Source: Actinomycetota bacterium
GTDB lineage: Bacteria; Actinomycetota; Geothermincolia; Geothermincolales; RBG-13-55-18
DNA: 64,000 nucleotides
Reading direction: 5' to 3'
NCBI GenBank assembly: GCA_030019255.1
Contig: JASEFK010000004.1
Location: 15,370 to 79,369 of the forward strand
Numbering within the stretch: position 1 is the stretch's first letter; the number at the start of each line of letters is the position of its first letter. Made by a program: the position numbers and the translations under genes. The notes below the pieces were generated by a model. It had not been told where the DNA came from. It searched no databases and worked only from the letters and a program-made list of their open reading frames with translations. Of the stretch, positions 22,136 through 31,878 are shown piece after piece.

Positions 22136-22996
22136 ATGAACGAAGAGACGGCCAAGGCGCGCGGAGAGGCGCAAGGGGTCACGGGGGGAGAGGACATCGG
22201 CTTCGAGCTTCTCCTCCGCTACCTGGGCTCCCAGTTCGGGCTCGACTTTAAGCAATACAAGCCGAATTACCTGCGGCGGCGCATAGGCGTGCGCATGAGG
22301 GCCACCGGCTGCGTGGACTATCTCCAGTACCGCCAGTACGTGCGGCAGCACCCCGAGGAGTACGAGCGGCTCATCAACGACCTCACCATCAACGTCACGG
22401 AGTTCTTCCGCGACCCGGACGTCTACGAGGCGCTGCGCTCGAGTGTCATCCCGGAGATCATCAACTACAAGAGGAAGATCGGCTCCTACTATCTCAGGGC
22501 CTGGAGTGCCGGCTGCGCCACCGGGGAGGAGCCTTACTCCCTTTCCATTTTATTCCTGGAGGCCGTCGGGGAATGCGACCCGCGCGAACCTTGGATGATG
22601 CGTATCACGGCCACCGATCTGGACGACAAGGCCCTGAAGGCGGCCAGGGAAGGATACTACGAGAGCGTCAGGCTGTTGCCGGGCATGGACCTGCGGAGAT
22701 ATTTCCACCAGGACGGGAAGGGTTACCGGGTGAAGGAGGAGGTCAAGAGGCCGGTCCGTTTCATGCTCCTGGACCTGGTGCGAAAACCCCCCCTGCGCCA
22801 CCTGGACCTCGTTCTGTGCCGAAACGTGCTCATCTATTTCGAGAGGGAGAAGCAAGCGAGGATACTGGACATCTTCAGGCAGTGCCTGCGGGCCGGCGGC
22901 TTCCTGGTCCTGGGAAAGAGCGAGACCATCGTGGGATCGGGGGGTTCCAGCTTCAGGCCTTACCGCAGGAAGGAGAGGATCTACGCCAGGATATGA
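22136..22996 (+). CDS. cheR: Chemotaxis protein methyltransferase CheR
   Basis: CheR N-terminal helical domain plus the SAM methyltransferase domain (...LDLVLCRNVLIYFEREKQARIL...). The ATG at 22136 (MNEET...) is the likely start of the 342-aa listed ORF. Confidence 0.85.
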   Translation: MNEETAKARGEAQGVTGGEDIGFELLLRYLGSQFGLDFKQYKPNYLRRRIGVRMRATGCVDYLQYRQYVRQHPEEYERLINDLTINVTEFFRDPDVYEALRSSVIPEIINYKRKIGSYYLRAWSAGCATGEEPYSLSILFLEAVGECDPREPWMMRITATDLDDKALKAAREGYYESVRLLPGMDLRRYFHQDGKGYRVKEEVKRPVRFMLLDLVRKPPLRHLDLVLCRNVLIYFEREKQARILDIFRQCLRAGGFLVLGKSETIVGSGGSSFRPYRRKERIYARI

Positions 22997-23223
22997 GGGC
23001 CGCGGCAACGGAGCCCGACCTCACCGGAGCGGTTGCGGAGGGCCGGGACCGACGGTCGCAGGGAGCCCTAATCGAGGTGGGGAAAGGCGAAGGGAACGAG
23101 CAAGACCTGCGGAAAGAAGCGCGGGGCGTCGAGGCGAGCGGATCGCCGCCCGGGGAAGGAAGCAAAAGGGCATAAAGGCGGACAAATACCTGCTCCCCGG
23201 AAGGAAGGACGGCGGACAGAATA

Positions 23224-23251
23224 TAAAACTATTATGACTGACTGCCGATTA
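23224..23251 (+). promoter_or_regulatory. Sigma-28 (FliA/SigD)-type promoter upstream of the MCP genes
   Basis: TAAA at 23224-23227, a 16-nt spacer, and GCCGATTA at 23244-23251. This matches TAAA-N15/16-GCCGATAA. It lies about 90 nt upstream of the MCP ATG at 23344. Confidence 0.55.
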
Positions 23252-23343
23252 AGCCAGTGGCAGCATGGCCGGATTGCTTTTCCAGCCCGGGCAGCAGCAT
23301 GAGACCCGGGCCTCCGGCCGCGAGGCGATGGAGGAATAGGGAC

Positions 23344-24723
23344 ATGGATAAGGCGGCCGCGAACGTTGACGACACAAGGTTCAAGATGAGCACAAGACGA
23401 GTGGCTTTTACCGCCGGCATCGCCTTCGTGGTCCTGGCCCTGGTGGCGTGCCTGCTAGGCCTGATAGTTCTTTCCGCCGGAGCGTCCAGGGCCCGCCGCG
23501 CGGCCGAGGCGGGAGAACTGGAGGCTGCCAGGGAGAACGCGGATTCCGCCGAGGGCCTCCTCCGGGCAGCGCTGGGGGCCTTCATCGCCCTGCTGGTACT
23601 GGAGGCCGTTCTGGCGGCGGCGTGGATCACCCTGCTCTACCGGTGGATAACGGGAACGGTGAAGGAGATGACCTGGCAGATCCAGCAGGTCTCCGCCGGC
23701 GACGGGGACCTCACCCGCCGCGTCGTGGTGCGTGACCGGCGAGTGTTCGGCAGCCTGGCCGATAGCATCAACGCCATGATCGGGGCCCTGCAGGGCTCGG
23801 TGGCGGAGATAAGCCGCATAGCTTCCGACCTGAACAACAGCGCCGAGCAGATGTCGGCGGTCATCCAGCAGATGAACGCCTCCAGCCAGGACATATCCAA
23901 CACCATCGCGCACATCGCCAAGGGCGGCGAGGAGCAGGCCCGGAGGGTCCTGGAAACCTCTCACTCCATGGAGCTCATGAACACTTCCATCCAGGAAATG
24001 GCGGAGAAGGCCGACCTCTCCAACCAGGCGGCCATGGAGGCCATCGAGATCGCCCAGAGGGGGGCCGAGGCGGCGGTGGATACGGCCGCGGCCATGGAGG
24101 TCATCCGCCGGGCCGCCGAGGCGGTGGTGGAGGCGAGCACCGGGCTCGAGGAGCGCTTCATGCAGATCGGGATCATCGTGGACGTCATTACCTCCGTGGC
24201 CGACCAGACCAACCTCCTGGCCCTCAACGCGGCCATCGAGGCGGCCCGCGCCGGAGAGCAGGGAAGGGGCTTCGCCGTGGTGGCCGAGGAGGTGCGCAAC
24301 CTGGCGGAGAACTCCCGGAAGTCGGCGGAACAGATAGCCAACCTCATAAGGGAGATCGAGGCCGGGGTTAACCGCATGAGGTCCAGCATAGACTCGGCCA
24401 TCGAGCAGGTGAAGGGCGGCACTGAGGTGGTGGAGAAGGCCGGCAGGGCCTTGCAGGAGATAGCGGTGACCATCCAGACCACCTCGCGCTACGCCAGCGA
24501 GATAGCAGAGATAACCAGGCGGCAGGTGAAGGAGAACGAGGAAGCCCTGAAGGCCATCACGGAGATAGCCAGCATCGCCGACGAGACGGCCGCCTCCTCC
24601 GAGGAAGCCTCCAGCACGGTGGAGGAACAGACGGCCTCCATGCAGGAGATGGCCGCGGCGGCTGCCGAGCTGGCGGCCATGGCGGAGAAGCTCAACAATC
24701 TAGTGAGCGGCTTCAAGGTCTGA
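23344..24723 (+). CDS. Methyl-accepting chemotaxis protein (two TM segments, a loop of about 30 aa, HAMP and MA domains)
   Basis: Two TM segments flank a short loop. HAMP-like segment. The MA signalling domain carries [45 protein letters not shown]. The ATG at 23344 sits behind a GGAGGA SD. Confidence 0.85.
   Translation: MDKAAANVDDTRFKMSTRRVAFTAGIAFVVLALVACLLGLIVLSAGASRARRAAEAGELEAARENADSAEGLLRAALGAFIALLVLEAVLAAAWITLLYRWITGTVKEMTWQIQQVSAGDGDLTRRVVVRDRRVFGSLADSINAMIGALQGSVAEISRIASDLNNSAEQMSAVIQQMNASSQDISNTIAHIAKGGEEQARRVLETSHSMELMNTSIQEMAEKADLSNQAAMEAIEIAQRGAEAAVDTAAAMEVIRRAAEAVVEASTGLEERFMQIGIIVDVITSVADQTNLLALNAAIEAARAGEQGRGFAVVAEEVRNLAENSRKSAEQIANLIREIEAGVNRMRSSIDSAIEQVKGGTEVVEKAGRALQEIAVTIQTTSRYASEIAEITRRQVKENEEALKAITEIASIADETAASSEEASSTVEEQTASMQEMAAAAAELAAMAEKLNNLVSGFKV
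24202..24302 (+). repeat. 101-nt near-identical segment shared with the second MCP gene at 25518-25618
   Basis: gaccagaccaacctcctggccctcaacgcggccatcgaggcggcccgcgccgg(a/g)gagcagggaaggggcttcgccgtggtggccg(a/g)ggaggtgcgcaacct. 2 mismatches in 101 nt. Confidence 0.8.
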
Positions 24724-24746
24724 GGCGCGGAAGGGGTGGGGAGAAA

Positions 24747-26039
24747 ATGGACTCTCGCGAAAAGGAGATGAAGAAGACCGCCGAGAGCATCGCCAGGTTC
24801 GTGACCGTCACCTCGGCCATAGTCTTTCCCCTGGGGATAGCCCTGGACATAGGCATCGCTTGCGCGGCGGCTAAGCTCTCCTGGAACCCCTTCCTGGTGG
24901 GCCTCCTCTTCGGCTTCATCGCCATCGCGGTGACCATGTCCGCGGCAGCCCTTTACATTGTGCCGGTCTATCTTTTACCCGTCCGTTACCTGCGGCAGAT
25001 ACTGGAGCGACTGCGTGACAAGGACTTCACCGTCCATGCCGACGAGGAGAGGAGCGGGCTCCTGCGCGGCTTCGCCGTGGCCCTCAACGACCTGGCCGAC
25101 TCCATGCGCGCCATGTTGAGGGAGCAGGCGGAGACGGCGGACCAGCTCACCTCGGCCAGCGAGATGATGTCCGGCGTGTCCCGGGAGACCACGGAGACGG
25201 CCCAGGAGACGGCCAACACCGTCTCCCAGCTGGCGAGGGGGGCCGAGGAGCAGGTCAACGCCATCGTGCAGGCCCAGAACACGGTGAGCGAGATAGTGAG
25301 CGAGATCTCCCGGGTGGCGGAGAGCTCCCAGGAGGCCAACCGCTTCAGCCAGCAAGCCCAGGAGACGGTGGCCAAGGGGGTGATGGCCGTGCAGCGGGCC
25401 ACGGAGAAGATGCAGCAGATAAAAGCCACCGTGGACGCCTCCGCGGACGCAGTCAGGGAGTTGGGGGAGCACTCCACGCAGATCGGTCTCATCGTCGACG
25501 TTATCACCTCCATCGCTGACCAGACCAACCTCCTGGCCCTCAACGCGGCCATCGAGGCGGCCCGCGCCGGGGAGCAGGGAAGGGGCTTCGCCGTGGTGGC
25601 CGGGGAGGTGCGCAACCTAGCCGAGGGGTCGGCCAAGGCGGCCTCCCAGATCGCCAACCTGGTGAGGGAGATACAGCGGGGGATCGACCGCACCATCCAG
25701 GGAATGGAGGGCGGCACCCTGGTCGCGGATGAGGGTAACATGGTGGTGGGCGAGGCCAGGGAGATGCTCAAAGAGATCGACGAGGCCTCGAGGGCCATCG
25801 CCGAGAAGATATCCGCCATCTACGAGGCCACCCAGCAGATCTTCGAGAAGAGTGGCAAGGTGGTGGAGGCCATGAGCTCCATCGCGGGCATCTCGGAGGA
25901 ATCGGCGGCTTCCACCCAGGAGGTGTCCGCGTCCATCCAGGAACAGACGGCGGCCATGGAGGAAGTGACCGCCGCCGCCCAGGAATTGGAAGAAATTGCC
26001 AACAGGCTGCGGGCCATGCACCGGCAATTTAGGCTTTAG
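24747..26039 (+). CDS. Methyl-accepting chemotaxis protein paralog (membrane-anchored, no periplasmic ligand domain)
   Basis: 430 aa. N-terminal TM hairpin and an MA domain. It shares a 101-nt segment with the upstream MCP, with 2 mismatches. Confidence 0.88.
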   Translation: MDSREKEMKKTAESIARFVTVTSAIVFPLGIALDIGIACAAAKLSWNPFLVGLLFGFIAIAVTMSAAALYIVPVYLLPVRYLRQILERLRDKDFTVHADEERSGLLRGFAVALNDLADSMRAMLREQAETADQLTSASEMMSGVSRETTETAQETANTVSQLARGAEEQVNAIVQAQNTVSEIVSEISRVAESSQEANRFSQQAQETVAKGVMAVQRATEKMQQIKATVDASADAVRELGEHSTQIGLIVDVITSIADQTNLLALNAAIEAARAGEQGRGFAVVAGEVRNLAEGSAKAASQIANLVREIQRGIDRTIQGMEGGTLVADEGNMVVGEAREMLKEIDEASRAIAEKISAIYEATQQIFEKSGKVVEAMSSIAGISEESAASTQEVSASIQEQTAAMEEVTAAAQELEEIANRLRAMHRQFRL

Positions 26040-26116
26040 GCGGGAGGTTTCGTTGAGGGCTGCTGCCGGTTGGGATATAGTGAATTCGAGGGCCGGCGCG
26101 GTCGGCGCGGGAGGAA

Positions 26117-26590
26117 ATGGAAATGGCTGAGGAAGCGAGGGCAGCCGAGGAGATCCAGCTGGTGGTCTTCGGCCTGGGGAAAGAGGAATTCGCCGTGGAG
26201 GTGACCCAGGTCCGGGAGATCATCCGCATGCAGGAGATAACGCGGATGCCCAAGAGCCCCCACTTCGTGGAGGGGATCATCAACCTCCGGGGGCAGATAA
26301 TCGCCGTCATCGATCTGGCCAAACGGCTGAACATCCCCTCCGGGGAACGGGGCCCCGAGACGAGGATCATCGTGGTGGAGGCCGAAGAGGTCAAGGTGGG
26401 GATGATCGTGGACTCCGTCTCCGAGGTGCTGCGGGTGAGCTCCGAGGCGGTGGAGCCCAACCCCTCCCTGGCCGCCGACGTGTCCGCCGCCTTCCTCCAA
26501 GGGGTGGTGAAGCACGACAACCGCCTCATCATCCTTCTAGACCTGACCAAGATACTGTCCATGGAGGAGATGGCCGGCCTCGGGTTTTAG
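26117..26590 (+). CDS. cheW: Chemotaxis coupling protein CheW
   Basis: 157 aa, CheW-like domain (QLVVFGLGKEEFAVEVTQVREI...). Confidence 0.9.
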   Translation: MEMAEEARAAEEIQLVVFGLGKEEFAVEVTQVREIIRMQEITRMPKSPHFVEGIINLRGQIIAVIDLAKRLNIPSGERGPETRIIVVEAEEVKVGMIVDSVSEVLRVSSEAVEPNPSLAADVSAAFLQGVVKHDNRLIILLDLTKILSMEEMAGLGF

Positions 26591-26769
26591 GAAAGGGGAG
26601 AGAGCTTTCGATATATAGATAGGAATGCAGTATCCCGGTCGGCAGCCCAAAGCGGCCGGGGCGTCACTGGATACGTCGGTAAACATCAAGAGGACGGGAG
26701 CTGAGAGGTATGGCCGGGAAGAAAGCGAGTACCGGGGACTCCGATAAACCAAAGGGAAAGGAGGGGAGG

Positions 26770-27135
26770 ATGGCGCCGACCGTTCTGATCGTCGACGACG
26801 CCCTGTTCATGCGCATGATGATCCGGGATATCCTGTCCAAGGACGGCTTTGAGGTGATCGGAGAGGCCGAGAACGGCGTGGAGGCGGTGGAGCGCTACAA
26901 GGAGATGCGGCCGGACCTGGTGACCATGGATATCGTCATGCCCGAGATGGACGGCATCGAGGCGGTCAGGCAAATCATGAAGATAGACCCCAACGCCAAG
27001 ATACTGATGTGCAGCGCCATGGGCCAACAGCCGCTGGTGGTGGAGGCGCTCGAGGCGGGGGCAAAGGACTTCATCATCAAACCCTTCCAGCCCTCGAAGG
27101 TCATCGAGGCGGTCGAGAAAGCGCTCAAGAGCTGA
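26770..27135 (+). CDS. cheY: Chemotaxis response regulator CheY
   Basis: Single receiver domain (LIVDD...DLVTMDIVMPEMDG...KDFIIKPF). The ATG at 26770 sits behind a GGAGGGGAGG SD. The upstream in-frame ATG at 26710 is the alternative. Confidence 0.85.
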   Translation: MAPTVLIVDDALFMRMMIRDILSKDGFEVIGEAENGVEAVERYKEMRPDLVTMDIVMPEMDGIEAVRQIMKIDPNAKILMCSAMGQQPLVVEALEAGAKDFIIKPFQPSKVIEAVEKALKS

Positions 27136-27160
27136 GCGTTTCTCCCCTGAAGGGGAGGAG

Positions 27161-28240
27161 GTGGATTTTTTGCCCCGCAAGATCAGGGTGCTGATAGTCG
27201 ACGATTCCGCCTTGGTGCGCAAGCTCCTGAAGGACATCATAAACGACGATCCGGACATGGAAGTGGCGGGAATAGCCGCCAACGGGGTGGAAGCCATCCG
27301 GGCCGTCGCCGAACTCCAACCCGACGTCATGACCATGGACATCCACATGCCCGAGATGGACGGCCTCACCGCCCTGGAATACATCATGCGCAAGATGCCC
27401 CTTCCCGTGGTGATGCTCAGCGCCATGGCCCAGAGGGGGGCGGCGGCCACCATTAAGGCCCTCGAGCTTGGGGCGGTGGACTTCATCACCAAGCCCTCCC
27501 ACTATCCCTCGGCGGTCAAGGAAGTGCGGGAGGAAGTAATCCTCAAGATAAAAACGGCCTTCCAGGCCCGGGAACGCGTGAAAAGGGGTTACCCGAAGCC
27601 CAGGGAGAGGAGAAGGGCCCTTCCGGTTATAAAGCCCGGGAGACAGGAGAAGCTGGTGGTCATCGGGGCATCGGCGGGCGGGCCGCGCGCCCTGGCGGAG
27701 ATCATGCCCATGTTTCCCCGAGACATCCCGGCGGCCATAGTCATCGTCCAGCACATGCCCAGCGTTTTCACCCGCTCCTTCGCCGCCCGGCTAAACGCCA
27801 TATCGGAACTACCGATCCGGGAGGCCGAGGAGGGAGAGGAGATCAAGCCGGGAACGGTACTGGTGGCCCCCGGGGGGAAGGATCTCATCGTGAGTTTGGA
27901 CCGCAGCGGGCTGGGGAGGGTGGAGCTCATGGATTCCGCCAACCGCACCGGGGCCACCCCCCGCATCGACACCACCATGATCACCGCCGCCGAGACCTTC
28001 GGCCCCCGGACCATCGGGGTAATCATGACCGGGATGGGATCGGACGGGGCCAGGGGGATGGAAAGGATAAAGAAGAACCGGGGAAGCACCATCGCCCAGG
28101 ACGAGGCAAGCTGCCTGGTGTTCGGCATGCCCAAGGTGGCCATCGACAGGGGCCACGTGGACTGGGTGGTCTCCCTGGAGAAGATACCGGAGAAGGTCCT
28201 GGAGCTTTTGCAGGCGCCCGAGCAGGAGCCTTCGAGGTGA
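27161..28240 (+). CDS. cheB: Chemotaxis methylesterase CheB (receiver plus methylesterase)
   Basis: 359 aa. N-terminal receiver and a C-terminal CheB_methylest domain (GASAGGPRAL...GMGSDGA). Confidence 0.9.
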   Translation: MDFLPRKIRVLIVDDSALVRKLLKDIINDDPDMEVAGIAANGVEAIRAVAELQPDVMTMDIHMPEMDGLTALEYIMRKMPLPVVMLSAMAQRGAAATIKALELGAVDFITKPSHYPSAVKEVREEVILKIKTAFQARERVKRGYPKPRERRRALPVIKPGRQEKLVVIGASAGGPRALAEIMPMFPRDIPAAIVIVQHMPSVFTRSFAARLNAISELPIREAEEGEEIKPGTVLVAPGGKDLIVSLDRSGLGRVELMDSANRTGATPRIDTTMITAAETFGPRTIGVIMTGMGSDGARGMERIKKNRGSTIAQDEASCLVFGMPKVAIDRGHVDWVVSLEKIPEKVLELLQAPEQEPSR

Positions 28241-28246
28241 CGGCCC

Positions 28247-30265
28247 ATGGACATGGACGTTTCCCAGTACAAGGAACTGTTCATCAACGAAGCCCAGGAA
28301 CACCTCGAAGCCCTGAACCAGGCCATGGTGGAACTGGAAAAGGATCCCGGGAACTCCGACGTGCTCACCGAGATCTTCCGATCCGCGCACACCCTGAAGG
28401 GTATGTCCGCCACCATGGGCTTCGACCAGCTGACGGAGCTGACCCACGAGATGGAGAATGTCCTCGACGGGCTGCGCAGCGGGGACATGGAGGCCACCAC
28501 CGAAATCGTGGATCTCCTCTTCAGCTGCCTCGACCTCCTGGGGTCCATGTTGGCGGCCATAGCCGAGGAGAGCGGCCGGACCGTGGACACCCAGCCGGTC
28601 ATCCAGGCCCTGCGGGAGGCTTCCGGAGGAGGGAGGCCCTCCTACGAGGTCGCGGTCCGATACGGCAAGTCGGAAGACCGCGAGGCGCCCAGCCCGAGCG
28701 GAGAAGGGGTGGGAGAGGCCGGGGCCCTTCCGGGGGAGGGGGCGGAAAGGCCCCCCGGAAGGGAGAGGGAGGTGCGCCTGCGGGTGACCCTGGACAGGGA
28801 TTGCGCCCTGAAGTCGGTGCGGGTGTTCATGATCTTCAAGAAGCTCTCCCGGGTGGGAAGGATAACCGGCTCCCAACCCTCCATGGAGGAGCTGGAGGAC
28901 GGGAAGTTCGAGCGCTCCTTCGAGGTCAGCCTGCTCACCGCGGAGAGCGAGGAAAGCCTGCGTCGCGACCTGATGACCATAGCCGAGGTCTCGGACGTGG
29001 AGTTCTTGGCCGCCGGGGAGTCCGCGGTCGTGGAGGCGGAGGAGGAATCGCGGGAGGCCGTCGAGAGGGTGGCTCCGGAGCCACCTCCCGGGCTCGAGCA
29101 TCCGGTGGCGGCACCGGTGCGCACCCAGAGCGTCAGGGTGAACATCGCCAGGCTGGACAACCTCATGAACCTCATCGGGGAGCTGGTGATAAACCGTACC
29201 CGGCTGCAGGAGATAGCCTCCTCCTACAACATTCCCGAGCTCAAGGAAGCCCTGGCGCAGACGGCGCGCCTCACCGCCGATCTCCAGGATGAGGTGATGA
29301 AGACGCGCATGGTTCCCGTAGACCATATCTTCAACCGCTTCCCGCGCATGGTGCGCGACCTGGCCAAGAGCCGGGGGAAGGAGATCGATTTCACCATGGA
29401 GGGGAGGGACATCGAACTGGACCGAACCATCCTGGACGAGATCAGCGATCCCCTTATGCACCTCTTGCGCAACGCCGTGGACCACGGCATAGACAGCCCG
29501 GAGGAGAGGGAGGCACGAGGAAAGCCCCGGCGGGGCAGCATCCGGCTGGCCGCCAGGAGGGACCGCAACTACGTGTCCATAGAGGTCTCCGACGACGGCC
29601 AGGGGATCGACGAACGCAAGATCTACGAGGCCGCGGTTCGGGCGGGGCTGGTGTCCCCGGAGGAGAAGAAGAGTCTCAGCGACGAGGACATCCTGCGTCT
29701 CTTGACCACGCCGGGTTTCTCCACCGCCCAGGAGGTGAGCGGGGTTTCGGGACGGGGGGTGGGCCTGGACGTGGTACGCAGCAAGGTGGAGTCCCTCGGG
29801 GGGATGCTGGTCATGAAGACCAGCAGGGGGGAGGGGACGACCTTCGCCATGAAGCTGCCCCTCACCCTGGCCATCATCCAGGCGCTGCTGGTCAGGGTGC
29901 AGGGTGAGACCTACGCCATCCCCCTGGGGACGGTCTCGGAGACGGCCGTGGTATCCTCGCACGAGATAAGGTACGTCTCCAACCAGGAGGTGATATTCCT
30001 TCGCGACGAGACCCTGCCCCTGCTGAGACTGGCCCGCTGCCTGGGCCTGCCGGACGAGGACGGCCGGGGAACCTTCCCCGTGGTGGTGGTGGAGGTAACG
30101 CCTCGCACGGTGGCCATAGCCGTGGACGAGCTGCTGGGGCAGCAGGAGATCGTCATCACCAGCCTGGACAAGTTCCTGAAGGGGATAAAGGGTTTCGGCG
30201 GCGCCACCATCCTGGGCACGGGCGAGGTGGCGCTCATACTGGACATACCGAGCCTGATATCCTGA
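28247..30265 (+). CDS. cheA: Chemotaxis histidine kinase CheA
   Basis: 672 aa. Hpt domain (FRSAHTLKGMSATMGF), dimerisation domain, HATPase_c and a CheW-like C-terminus. Confidence 0.95.
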   Translation: MDMDVSQYKELFINEAQEHLEALNQAMVELEKDPGNSDVLTEIFRSAHTLKGMSATMGFDQLTELTHEMENVLDGLRSGDMEATTEIVDLLFSCLDLLGSMLAAIAEESGRTVDTQPVIQALREASGGGRPSYEVAVRYGKSEDREAPSPSGEGVGEAGALPGEGAERPPGREREVRLRVTLDRDCALKSVRVFMIFKKLSRVGRITGSQPSMEELEDGKFERSFEVSLLTAESEESLRRDLMTIAEVSDVEFLAAGESAVVEAEEESREAVERVAPEPPPGLEHPVAAPVRTQSVRVNIARLDNLMNLIGELVINRTRLQEIASSYNIPELKEALAQTARLTADLQDEVMKTRMVPVDHIFNRFPRMVRDLAKSRGKEIDFTMEGRDIELDRTILDEISDPLMHLLRNAVDHGIDSPEEREARGKPRRGSIRLAARRDRNYVSIEVSDDGQGIDERKIYEAAVRAGLVSPEEKKSLSDEDILRLLTTPGFSTAQEVSGVSGRGVGLDVVRSKVESLGGMLVMKTSRGEGTTFAMKLPLTLAIIQALLVRVQGETYAIPLGTVSETAVVSSHEIRYVSNQEVIFLRDETLPLLRLARCLGLPDEDGRGTFPVVVVEVTPRTVAIAVDELLGQQEIVITSLDKFLKGIKGFGGATILGTGEVALILDIPSLIS

Positions 30266-30308
30266 TAATACAGGGGCGTCGGGCACGAGGACCGGGAAAG
30301 GAGGAGTC

Positions 30309-30923
30309 ATGGCCGAAAGGAAAGGGCTTACCCCCCTCCAGCTGGACGCGCTGAGGGAAGTGGGGAACATTGGCTCGGGAAACGCCGCCGTAGCCCTTTC
30401 CACCATGGTGGACAAGAAGGTGATGCTGAGCGTACCCCGTGCTTCCCTGGTCCCCCTGGTCAAGGTCTCCGACCTGGTGGGCGGGGCGGAGACGCCGGTG
30501 GTGGGCATCTACCTGCACATAAGCGGAGACGCCTCGGGCAGCATGCTCCTCCTGCTGGAGGAGCACAGCGCCCGGGAGCTGGCCCACCTCATGGTCTCCG
30601 GCACGGAGGGCGGGGAGCTCACGGTGGTAGAACAGTCCGCCCTCCAGGAGACGGGAAGCATCCTGGCCGGTTCCTACCTCAACGCCCTCTCCCAGATGAC
30701 CGGCATACTCCTGAAGCCCTCAGTGCCCGGCTTCGCCATGGACATGGCGGGGGCCATCATCGATTTCATCCTGGTGGAGATAAGCCAGTCCGAGGACTAC
30801 GTCCTGGTCATCGAGACGGAATTCGACGTCCTGCAGCACAAGATAAGGGGACACCTGATCCTGTTCCCGGACCTGGGGTCCCTGGACATCATCCTGGGAA
30901 GGCTTGGGGTGACGGCGGATTGA
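30309..30923 (+). CDS. cheC: CheY-P phosphatase CheC
   Basis: 204 aa. CheC-family repeats (EVGNIGSGNAAVALS ... ETGSILAGSYLNAL). Confidence 0.85.
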   Translation: MAERKGLTPLQLDALREVGNIGSGNAAVALSTMVDKKVMLSVPRASLVPLVKVSDLVGGAETPVVGIYLHISGDASGSMLLLLEEHSARELAHLMVSGTEGGELTVVEQSALQETGSILAGSYLNALSQMTGILLKPSVPGFAMDMAGAIIDFILVEISQSEDYVLVIETEFDVLQHKIRGHLILFPDLGSLDIILGRLGVTAD

Positions 30924-31450
30924 CGGAGGAGACCCTGACCGAGAAAGTGATCAACGTGGGCGTGGCCGAATACTACGTGACCCACAACCCCCACATCCTG
31001 GCCAGCTTCGGCCTGGGGAGCTGCGTGGGCGTGGCCCTTTACGACGAGAAGAAGAAGATCGGCGGCCTGGCCCACATCATGCTGCCCGATTCCAGGGCCA
31101 TAAGCAAGCCGGGGAAGCCGGGCCGCTGCGCCGACACCGCCATAAGGGCCATGGTGGAGGAGATGGAGAAGCTGGGATCCCGGCGGAAGGACATCAAGGC
31201 CAAGATAGCTGGCGGAGCCTGCATGTTCACCATCCCCGGCGCCACCAACCCCAAGAACGTTCCCGGCCCGGCCATCGGGATGCAGATAGGGGAGAGGAAC
31301 GTGGAGGCGGCCAAGAGGACGCTGCGGGAGCTTAAAATCCCCCTAGTGGCGGAGGACACCGGAGGCAATTACGGACGGACCATGCGCTTCAACGTGTCCG
31401 ACGGCACGGTGGTTATAAGCTCCATAAGGCATGGGACCAAGGAGCTCTAA
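30920..31450 (+). CDS. cheD: Chemoreceptor glutamine deamidase CheD
   Basis: 176 aa. CheD family (VGVAEYYV...GLGSCVGVALYD). The start overlaps the cheC stop. Confidence 0.85.
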   Translation: MTEETLTEKVINVGVAEYYVTHNPHILASFGLGSCVGVALYDEKKKIGGLAHIMLPDSRAISKPGKPGRCADTAIRAMVEEMEKLGSRRKDIKAKIAGGACMFTIPGATNPKNVPGPAIGMQIGERNVEAAKRTLRELKIPLVAEDTGGNYGRTMRFNVSDGTVVISSIRHGTKEL

Positions 31451-31457
31451 GGTGACC

Positions 31458-31796
31458 ATGAAGGGCGAGGGCGTGGAGGTGTCCCGGGAGGCCATCGCCA
31501 CCCTGGCGGCGCAGGCGGCCTGCCAGGTGCCGGGGGTGGTATCTTGCTACCGCAGCCCGGTGGACAGCCTGGCCTCCAGGGTGAAGCGGGAGTTCGTGCA
31601 CAAGGGCATCAAGGTGGAAAACGTCGAGGGGGCATACCGCCTGGGCGTCCACCTGAGGGTGGAATACGGGGTGAACCTTCCTTCACTGGCGCGGGAGGTG
31701 AGGGAAAAGGTACGGGAGTACCTGGAGGGCCTTACCGACGTGAAGGTGGAGGATGTGGAGGTGATCATCGAGGACATCGAGCCCCCGCCTTCCTGA
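31458..31796 (+). CDS. Asp23/Gls24-family (alkaline-shock-like) protein
   Basis: 112 aa from the ATG at 31458. MKGEGVEVSREAIATLAAQAA...VKVEDVEVIIEDIE is typical of the family. Confidence 0.7.
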   Translation: MKGEGVEVSREAIATLAAQAACQVPGVVSCYRSPVDSLASRVKREFVHKGIKVENVEGAYRLGVHLRVEYGVNLPSLAREVREKVREYLEGLTDVKVEDVEVIIEDIEPPPS

Positions 31797-31878
31797 AGCC
31801 GGCCCTGCGCTTCCCCTACGAGTTCCCCCACGAGGTGCATCCCCACTACCATCCGTACGCGCGGAGTGCCGCTGAGGG

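Noticed and set aside
27809-30508. 899-aa minus-strand ORF
   Set aside because: Antisense to cheB and cheA, which have clear domain signatures. The composition is typical of a GC-rich antisense frame (Gly/Pro/Arg/His-rich).
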